From Bacteroides sp. CAG:770 (GTDB lineage Bacteria > Bacteroidota > Bacteroidia > Bacteroidales > UBA932), in contig FR890667.1 of the NCBI GenBank assembly GCA_000435075.1, positions 36,642 to 100,641 of the forward strand: DNA of 64,000 nt, read 5' to 3'. Made by a program: the position numbers and the translations under genes. This document shows, in pieces, positions 57,921-64,000 of the stretch. Position 1 is the stretch's first letter. Each line of letters starts with the position of its first letter. The notes below the pieces were generated by a model. It had not been told where the DNA came from. It saw only the letters and a list, made by a program, of their open reading frames with translations, and made no database searches.

Positions 57921-59800
57921 TGAGGAATCACATGAAACACAGATTTATATATATACTCACGGGACTTGCTCTGCTGATGGGCAGTTGCGATGTCCTGGAC
58001 AGGCCGTCACGAACCACAGCTGAAGACGAGAGCTACTGGAAGAGTGAAGAGAGCCTCAGATTATACGCCAACTCGTTCTACGGCTATTTCTTCACCGGCT
58101 ATGGTGTCAAATACACCACAGCTTACGCTCCTGGCAACAGCTACTCTTTCAACGACGACGTTCTCCGTCTATCGTCCCAGTCCCAGTTCACACGTTCAGT
58201 GCCCACCTCCAAGGGAAGCACAAGTCTTGACCTGGGAGTATGGCAGAGCGAATATACCGGACCTGACTGGAATTTCGCATGGATCAGAAAGGCAAACATC
58301 ATGTCCGACAGGATGGAGGCCAGAATGAAAGGCACCCTCAGCGACGAGCAGTTCAACCACTGGATGGGTATCGCCCGTTTCTTCAGGGGACTCGAATATG
58401 CAAGACTTGTAAATGTCTTCGGAGATGTTCCCTACTACGATTATGCTCCTGAAAACACAGAGCTGGATGCCCTATACAAAGACCGCGACAACAGAGATGA
58501 TGTCATGGACCATGTCTATGACGACTTCGAGTTCGCACTTGCCAATGTCCGACTAAATGACGGACAACAGCAGGTCAACAGATACATCGTATCAGCCCTC
58601 GTGAGCAGATGGGCCCTCATCGAAGGAAGCTGGCAGAAGTACTATTACCAGAATGACGAAAGGGCCAAGAAGTTCTTCAACCTCGCAGTAGAGGCCGCCG
58701 ACAAAGTAATCAGCAGCGGCAAATATGCCATCACCGAGGAATTCAGAAACCTTTTCGGTTCCAAAGACCTTACATCCAGCAAGGACGTCATCCTCTACCG
58801 CAAATACGATGCTTCCCAGGGCGTAACACACTGTGTGGCTTCTTATTGCAATGTAAACGACCCTACCGACATCGGTGCGAACCTGACTCTCATCAAGTCA
58901 TTCATCTGCAATGACGGAAAGGCATGGAACGATCCCAACTCGACAGTAGCCGGCGCTTCCGATTTCAGCCTCGCAAATCTCATCAAGACACGCGACCCTA
59001 GATTCGAAGCTACCTTCTACAACAAGACAACTCCTAAGAACAAGGCCAGCTATCTCTACATGACCAAGTTCATTCCCCGCTCCGCGCTCGAATATCTCAA
59101 CAAAAAAGGCGGAACACCTGCTCCTGAATTTCAGGGAGAGAAGAACGTGACCGGATATCCTGTACTCAGATACGCCGAAGTCCTCCTCAACTGGATCGAG
59201 GCCAAGGCTGAACTCCAGTTCCTCGGAGAAGGCACCGTGACACAGGAAGACATCGACAATTCCATCAATGCCATCCGCCACCGTCCTATCGCGGAAGAGG
59301 CCATGAACCAGGGAGTACAGCAGACTGCCGACATGAAGCTCGCCACCCTCACCGACGATCCTTCGAGAGACAAGACCGTCCCTGCCCTCCTTTGGGAAAT
59401 CAGACGTGAACGCAGAATGGAGCTTGCATTCGAATTCTCGAGAATCATTGACCTCAGAAGATGGGGCAAAGTCGAGTACATGGACACTGATTTGAACAAG
59501 GAACTGCTCATGGGAACATGGGTGAACTTCGATACGGATGCTCCGGATGAGCTGAAGCCTGCCAATGTCAACAAGCTCCGCGTAGTGGACATGAAAGGCA
59601 AGGAAATAGTTTACAACGGTTCCAATGCTGCCCAGATGAAGGGATTCTTCTACTCGCCTGAGGCTCTCGGACGCCAGCCGTACATGAACATTCCTAATGT
59701 CAATCCTTATCTCTGTCCTATCGGAACAAATCAGATAAGCGACTACAAGAAACGCGGCTATACTCTCACCCAGACTGAGGGATGGCCTGACGAACAGTAA
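57920..59800 (+). CDS. susD: SusD/RagB-family nutrient-binding lipoprotein
   Basis: Lipoprotein signal ...LALLMGSCDV; 626 aa; its start overlaps the susC stop. Confidence 0.85.
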   Translation: MRNHMKHRFIYILTGLALLMGSCDVLDRPSRTTAEDESYWKSEESLRLYANSFYGYFFTGYGVKYTTAYAPGNSYSFNDDVLRLSSQSQFTRSVPTSKGSTSLDLGVWQSEYTGPDWNFAWIRKANIMSDRMEARMKGTLSDEQFNHWMGIARFFRGLEYARLVNVFGDVPYYDYAPENTELDALYKDRDNRDDVMDHVYDDFEFALANVRLNDGQQQVNRYIVSALVSRWALIEGSWQKYYYQNDERAKKFFNLAVEAADKVISSGKYAITEEFRNLFGSKDLTSSKDVILYRKYDASQGVTHCVASYCNVNDPTDIGANLTLIKSFICNDGKAWNDPNSTVAGASDFSLANLIKTRDPRFEATFYNKTTPKNKASYLYMTKFIPRSALEYLNKKGGTPAPEFQGEKNVTGYPVLRYAEVLLNWIEAKAELQFLGEGTVTQEDIDNSINAIRHRPIAEEAMNQGVQQTADMKLATLTDDPSRDKTVPALLWEIRRERRMELAFEFSRIIDLRRWGKVEYMDTDLNKELLMGTWVNFDTDAPDELKPANVNKLRVVDMKGKEIVYNGSNAAQMKGFFYSPEALGRQPYMNIPNVNPYLCPIGTNQISDYKKRGYTLTQTEGWPDEQ

Positions 59801-59817
59801 TTTAGCATTGAATTGAT

Positions 59818-61227
59818 ATGAAGAACATATTATACTTCATCAGCGCTGCGGCGATATGCACAGGCATGTTCACCGCTTGCGAGGACAATCTGCCGGAGAG
59901 CAGGGACTTCCCTTACGAGACAAATCTCGTCTCCATAAAGATTGTCAATGCCGGTGCTGACGGCAATACCATCGTGGAAGGAACAATCGACGAGAACAAG
60001 AAGGAAATCACGTTCCCGAAACTCGACAAGGACTCTCCATTTGCAGAACTCCGTGTGGAAGCCAGCGTATCTGAGGGAGCGGAGCTCACCCAGACGACTT
60101 TCGACTACTCTATGGAAGAAGGCGTGGCCAGCAAGACAGCTGTCATCCGCGTCCAGAACCACAAGAGATATACCGACTATTTCATGACTGTCAAGCGCCG
60201 CATCCCTGTATATGGAGCGGACTTCGAAAAGGCAGTTGAATACAAGTTCCTGGACGCATCCCAGATACCGGGAGGAACAGGCAGCGTTTCCAGAAGCGCC
60301 GACTTCGACGGTGAGAACGTGCTGATAGTAAGAAGGACACCTCCTTATATCCTCAAATATGAGGACCTGAAGGCCGGCAAGATCCAGCCTAAGGAACTGG
60401 ACATGACAGATGTTTCCGGCGGAACCTTCCCTGTCAACTGCGGTTTCCTTGCAAACGGACATATTTATATTGCGTCCCTTTCAGGTGCCGCCGCGTCACC
60501 TCTCAAGATTTACTACTGGGAGAATGCTGACGCCAAGCCGGAAGTAATCGGCAACTTTACAAATATTCCGGGTGCCGATGCAAGACACGGAGACGTGATT
60601 TCCGCCAGCATTGACAAGAACGGAAACGGATACATATTCTTCGGTTCGAACGGTTCGAAGGATTTCATAAGAATCAAGGTTTCGGACCACAAGACCACCA
60701 GCGAGCCGACGGTTCTCGCAAGTAATGCCAATGCTACCCCTAACACCTATGTATATAGGATTGAGGACACTGACAAGTACCTGTGGAGCGGACTTCGCCT
60801 GCCGGTAACATTGACAGACGAGAACGTTACCCCTGGCGGGGCGACATTGCCGCTGGACGACAATATCTTGCCGAAAGAGTCCGTAGCCGCAAGAATGTTC
60901 ACCTTCAATCAGGAGAGATACCTCATGGCATGTGTTGCGAAATTCGGAAGCGCAAGCCAGGTAACCCCTACATTGAACGTATATAACCTAACCAAGGGTG
61001 CAACTCCTGAAGAGGCTATGGAAAACTTCAAGGCAGCAGAATCACACCAGCCTGACTACTCTGTAATCATCGGCGGAGATTCCGGCATCACGGCTCCGGG
61101 TATAAGCACCAACTATCACATCATCAAGGATAGTGAAGGCAAGGATGAAAAACTTGTCATCTTCGGTTACCGGCTCAATACCGGATTCGTAATCACTGAA
61201 TTCCCTATCAAGCAAGAAGAAGACTGA
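59818..61227 (+). CDS. Surface lipoprotein of the utilisation locus (SusE/F-position, candidate surface glycan-binding protein)
   Basis: Lipoprotein signal MKNILYFISAAAICTGMFTAC; 469 aa, beta-rich; it sits in the third position after susC/susD. Confidence 0.5.
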   Translation: MKNILYFISAAAICTGMFTACEDNLPESRDFPYETNLVSIKIVNAGADGNTIVEGTIDENKKEITFPKLDKDSPFAELRVEASVSEGAELTQTTFDYSMEEGVASKTAVIRVQNHKRYTDYFMTVKRRIPVYGADFEKAVEYKFLDASQIPGGTGSVSRSADFDGENVLIVRRTPPYILKYEDLKAGKIQPKELDMTDVSGGTFPVNCGFLANGHIYIASLSGAAASPLKIYYWENADAKPEVIGNFTNIPGADARHGDVISASIDKNGNGYIFFGSNGSKDFIRIKVSDHKTTSEPTVLASNANATPNTYVYRIEDTDKYLWSGLRLPVTLTDENVTPGGATLPLDDNILPKESVAARMFTFNQERYLMACVAKFGSASQVTPTLNVYNLTKGATPEEAMENFKAAESHQPDYSVIIGGDSGITAPGISTNYHIIKDSEGKDEKLVIFGYRLNTGFVITEFPIKQEED

Positions 61228-62672
61228 TGAAAACGAATTTCAGATATTTTCTTTATGCAGCAGCCGTCGTCCTGGCGGCTGCCTGCAATGAAAAGCAGGA
61301 ACTCCCGGATAGACCTGACAAACCCGGAACCAATCCGGATAAACCTACTGCCGAGGTTCCTGTCTTACCACGTCCTCAGCTGAGAGGAGCATGGATGGCG
61401 ACAGTGTGGGGACTTGACTGGCCGGACGGAAATCACGACGCAGCCAGCCAGAAATCACTCTACACCGAGTATCTGGATCTATTCAAAAGACTGGGTATCA
61501 ATGCAGTATTCTTTCAAGTACGCGGAATGGCCGATGCCTACTATGAGTCATCATACGAGCCATGGAGCCGCTCCATTACCGGAACGCAGGGGCAGAAACC
61601 AAGTTATGATGTCATGGATTTCCTCATCAGCGAGGCCCACAAAAGAGGAATCGAATTCCACGCCTGGATAAATCCTTACAGGGTTTCAACTCCTTCCTAT
61701 TTCGGCGAAGGCCTGGATCCGAAGATTCCCGCTTCGATGGTGAAGAAATATGACAAGATTTGGGTCTATAATCCAGCTCTTCCTGAAGTCAGACAGAGGA
61801 TTGCAGACATCGTGAAGGAGATCGTAACCAAGTTCGATGTGGACGGAATCCATATGGACGACTATTTCTATCCGTCAGTTTCATCTCTTGGAGATGAGGA
61901 TGACTTCAAGAAATACGGTTCTAACTATAATTCCATCGAGGATTTCAGGAGAGGCAACATCTTCGAGATGGTGAAACTTGTAAAGAATACAATCCGGTCG
62001 GCCAAACCGGAAGTGGCTTTCACTATAGGACCTCAGGGTAACTACGATAACAACTACAGTACCCAGTACATTGACATGCCTAAGGTATGTGCGGCGAAAC
62101 TCATTGACGCGGCCATTCCTCAGCTCTACTGGTCCACAAAAGCAAGCAAGGACTACTATAACCCGAGACTTGACTGGTGGTCACAGAATGTAGGTTCAGT
62201 ACCGATGATGATAGGACACAGCCTGAGCGGATTCAAAGAGAACAGCAGCGGATATGAGTCCTCTTCAGAACTTGAGACACAGTTCAGCCTGGCCGACAAG
62301 AAGTCGAACAGTTACGGACATCTTCTCTACAGTGCAAAGACCGTAAAGAGCGACCCTAAGGGTATCCAGTCCGTTATCAAGAGTTCATTCGGCAAGAAGG
62401 CGCTGATGCCTCATCTCGGAGGGACCGGAGCTGATGCCGCACCTGATGCTCCGAAGAACATCGTAATCTCAGGAGGAACACTAAACTGGGACAAGTCAGC
62501 CGGCGCCAAGTATTATGCCGTTTACATGAGCAACGGAAACAAGAAAGTCGCAACTCTGATAGATACTGTGGACGGAACATCTTACCAGCTTTCCGCGAAA
62601 GGTAAATATTTCGTTACAGCACTTGACAAGAACAATCTTGAAAGCAAGATATCAGAAATCGTAAAGTATTGA
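61227..62672 (+). CDS. GHL10 / DUF187 (YngK-like, 'glycoside hydrolase-like family 10') lipoprotein with a C-terminal FN3-like domain
   Basis: Lipoprotein signal ...VLAAAC; LRGAWMATVWGLDWP...GINAVFFQVRG...GIEFHAWINPYR matches the GHL10 (PF02638-type) TIM-barrel signature as I recall it. The C-terminal roughly 90 aa are beta-rich. Confidence 0.6.
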   Translation: MKTNFRYFLYAAAVVLAAACNEKQELPDRPDKPGTNPDKPTAEVPVLPRPQLRGAWMATVWGLDWPDGNHDAASQKSLYTEYLDLFKRLGINAVFFQVRGMADAYYESSYEPWSRSITGTQGQKPSYDVMDFLISEAHKRGIEFHAWINPYRVSTPSYFGEGLDPKIPASMVKKYDKIWVYNPALPEVRQRIADIVKEIVTKFDVDGIHMDDYFYPSVSSLGDEDDFKKYGSNYNSIEDFRRGNIFEMVKLVKNTIRSAKPEVAFTIGPQGNYDNNYSTQYIDMPKVCAAKLIDAAIPQLYWSTKASKDYYNPRLDWWSQNVGSVPMMIGHSLSGFKENSSGYESSSELETQFSLADKKSNSYGHLLYSAKTVKSDPKGIQSVIKSSFGKKALMPHLGGTGADAAPDAPKNIVISGGTLNWDKSAGAKYYAVYMSNGNKKVATLIDTVDGTSYQLSAKGKYFVTALDKNNLESKISEIVKY

Positions 62673-62724
62673 TAATGGCGGGGTTTCGCCGACTCGAAGC
62701 CCAAAACTGACATTATATTACTGT

Positions 62725-62766
62725 GGACGGATGGCCGAGATTTGCGGTCATCCGTCCTGTTTTCGA
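62725..62766 (+). terminator. Rho-independent terminator after the GHL10 gene
   Basis: ggacggatg-gccgagatttgcggt-catccgtcc, a perfect 9-bp stem followed by tgttttc. Confidence 0.65.
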
Positions 62767-62837
62767 GGAATGGTCGTTTTTTTTATGTAATTTTGTAGAA
62801 TGTGTGAATCAAAGTGAACACGAAAAATTTATATAAC

Positions 62838-63500
62838 ATGAAGATAGAAAACAAAAAGGTAGTCGAGCTTACTTACGAGCTCACTGTAGATGGAAAGGTA
62901 GTGGACAGGACAACTGAAATGACAGGCCCGCTCGATTATATTCACGGAGAGCACATGCTCCTCCCCAAATTCGAGGCGGAACTGGAAGGACTGGAGCCGG
63001 AAAGCGAATTCGCATTCACATTGACACCGGAAGAAGGCTACGGCGAATACGATCCGAAACACAAATTCGAGATTCCTAAACAGTCTTTCGAAATCGACGG
63101 AAAAATCCGCGAGGACCTGATGCAGGTAGGAAAGATCATCCCTATGCTGAACAGCTCAGGAATGGTCGTACAAGGACTCATTGCCGCTGTCAATGATGAT
63201 ACGGTCACCATGGACTTCAACCATCCCATGGCCGGCAAGACATTGAATTTCAAGGGCAAGGTCGTTTCTGTCCGTGACGCTACAGAGAAGGAACTTACCG
63301 AGGGACTTCACGGAGAGTTCGTTCCGAAGGAAGGCGGATGCTGCCACAGCGGCTGCGGATGTCATCACGAGGACGGCGACCACGAGTGCTGCCATGGCGA
63401 GGGACATGAGGGCGGATGCTGCCACGGCAACGGACATGAAGGAGAGTGCCACTGCCATGGTGAAGGACACGAAGGAGAGTGCCACTGCCACGAAAACTAG
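62838..63500 (+). CDS. slyD: FKBP-type peptidyl-prolyl cis-trans isomerase SlyD with a Cys/His-rich metal-binding tail
   Basis: MKIENKKVVELTYELTVDGKVVD matches the SlyD N-terminus; an IF (insert-in-flap) region follows; the tail is CCHSGCGCHHEDGDHECCHGEGHEGGCCHGNGHEGECHCHGEGHEGECHCHEN. Confidence 0.8.
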   Translation: MKIENKKVVELTYELTVDGKVVDRTTEMTGPLDYIHGEHMLLPKFEAELEGLEPESEFAFTLTPEEGYGEYDPKHKFEIPKQSFEIDGKIREDLMQVGKIIPMLNSSGMVVQGLIAAVNDDTVTMDFNHPMAGKTLNFKGKVVSVRDATEKELTEGLHGEFVPKEGGCCHSGCGCHHEDGDHECCHGEGHEGGCCHGNGHEGECHCHGEGHEGECHCHEN

Positions 63501-63509
63501 ACTCGTAAA

Positions 63510-64000
63510 ATGAAGACAGCCGTAGTCATACTTAACTGGAACACAAAGAATTACCTTGAGCAGTTCGTTCCTGGAGTTCTCCGCTCTCTGGAGGGCGAAG
63601 ACGCATGCCTTGTCGTGGCGGACAGCGCTTCGACAGACGGTTCCATGCAGATGCTTGCCGAGAAGTTCCCTGAAGTAAGGCAGATACGGCTGGACAAGAA
63701 CTATGGATTTACCGGAGGGTACAACAGGGCCCTCCGGCAAATTGATGCAGAATACTACGTCCTTCTGAACTCTGACATTGAAGTGCCGGAAGGATGGCTC
63801 AAGCCGCTGGTGCAGACGATGGATTCATGTCCCGATGTGGGCGCCTGTTCCCCGAAACTGCATTCGTGGTTCGAAAAGGACAAATTCGAATACGCAGGAG
63901 CCGCCGGAGGATATCTCGACTATTTCGGCTTCCCGTTCTGCCGCGGCAGACTGATGAAAATGCTGGAAAAGGATGAAGGTCAATATGACAGGCGCGCCGA
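63510..64000 (+). CDS. Family 2 glycosyltransferase (5' partial, truncated by the window end)
   Basis: MKTAVVILNWNTKNYLEQFVP...LVVADSASTDGS...LLNSDIEV (DxD-type) is a GT2 N-terminus. The ORF is still open at position 64000. Confidence 0.7.
   Translation, partial: MKTAVVILNWNTKNYLEQFVPGVLRSLEGEDACLVVADSASTDGSMQMLAEKFPEVRQIRLDKNYGFTGGYNRALRQIDAEYYVLLNSDIEVPEGWLKPLVQTMDSCPDVGACSPKLHSWFEKDKFEYAGAAGGYLDYFGFPFCRGRLMKMLEKDEGQYDRRA

Noticed and set aside
1-64000. tRNA, rRNA, transposase or integrase genes
   Set aside because: I scanned for the conserved T-arm GGTTCGAATCC-type motif, for rRNA-like conserved blocks, and for DDE-transposase or tyrosine-recombinase-like ORFs, and found none. The accessory regions therefore lack an obvious mobility gene within this window.

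Overview
This window looks like Bacteroidales chromosome (frequent lipoprotein signal peptides, an UpxY-led capsule operon, SusC/SusD pairs, a murQ-murK pair, the TAnnTTTG -7 promoter motif). It is a mosaic. (1) 0.2-3.3 kb: a small accessory patch with a HEPN/Abi_2-type abortive-infection-like gene, greA, an internally deleted xpt remnant and an AAA-ATPase/PD-(D/E)XK protein. (2) 3.4-23.1 kb: a 7TM-AraC one-component regulator, then an ~18 kb co-directional capsular polysaccharide operon. Gene order is upxY, a HAD hydrolase, a pyruvyl transferase, four GT2-type and one GT8 glycosyltransferases, wzy, three GT4 glycosyltransferases, a PglC-like initiating sugar transferase, a PqqD / nucleotidyltransferase / HprK-like kinase cassette, wza and wzc. 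The three-gene cassette is translationally coupled and resembles a peptide (RiPP-like) modification module with no visible substrate gene. wzc carries a (Gly-Tyr)12 tail. (3) 23.3-27.4 kb: a 950-aa fimbrillin-like lipoprotein with two Fib_succ_major-like domains, and an OmpA-family gene followed by 50-bp tandem repeats. (4) 27.7-29.1 kb: a coding-poor island built from two ~160-170 bp repeat families. (5) 29-54 kb: housekeeping genes (aldose epimerase, murB-murA, mntP, recR, murQ-murK, pepD, lpxL-like, POT transporter, tldD/pmbA), an orphan SusCD pair, and an unpaired zeta-toxin-like kinase. (6) 54.4-62.7 kb: a second SusC/SusD locus with a surface lipoprotein and a GHL10 (DUF187) lipoprotein. 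It is followed by slyD with a Cys/His-rich tail and the 5' end of a GT2 gene. No rRNA, tRNA, CRISPR array, transposase or integrase was found. Many long antisense ORFs in the GC-rich stretches are judged spurious.
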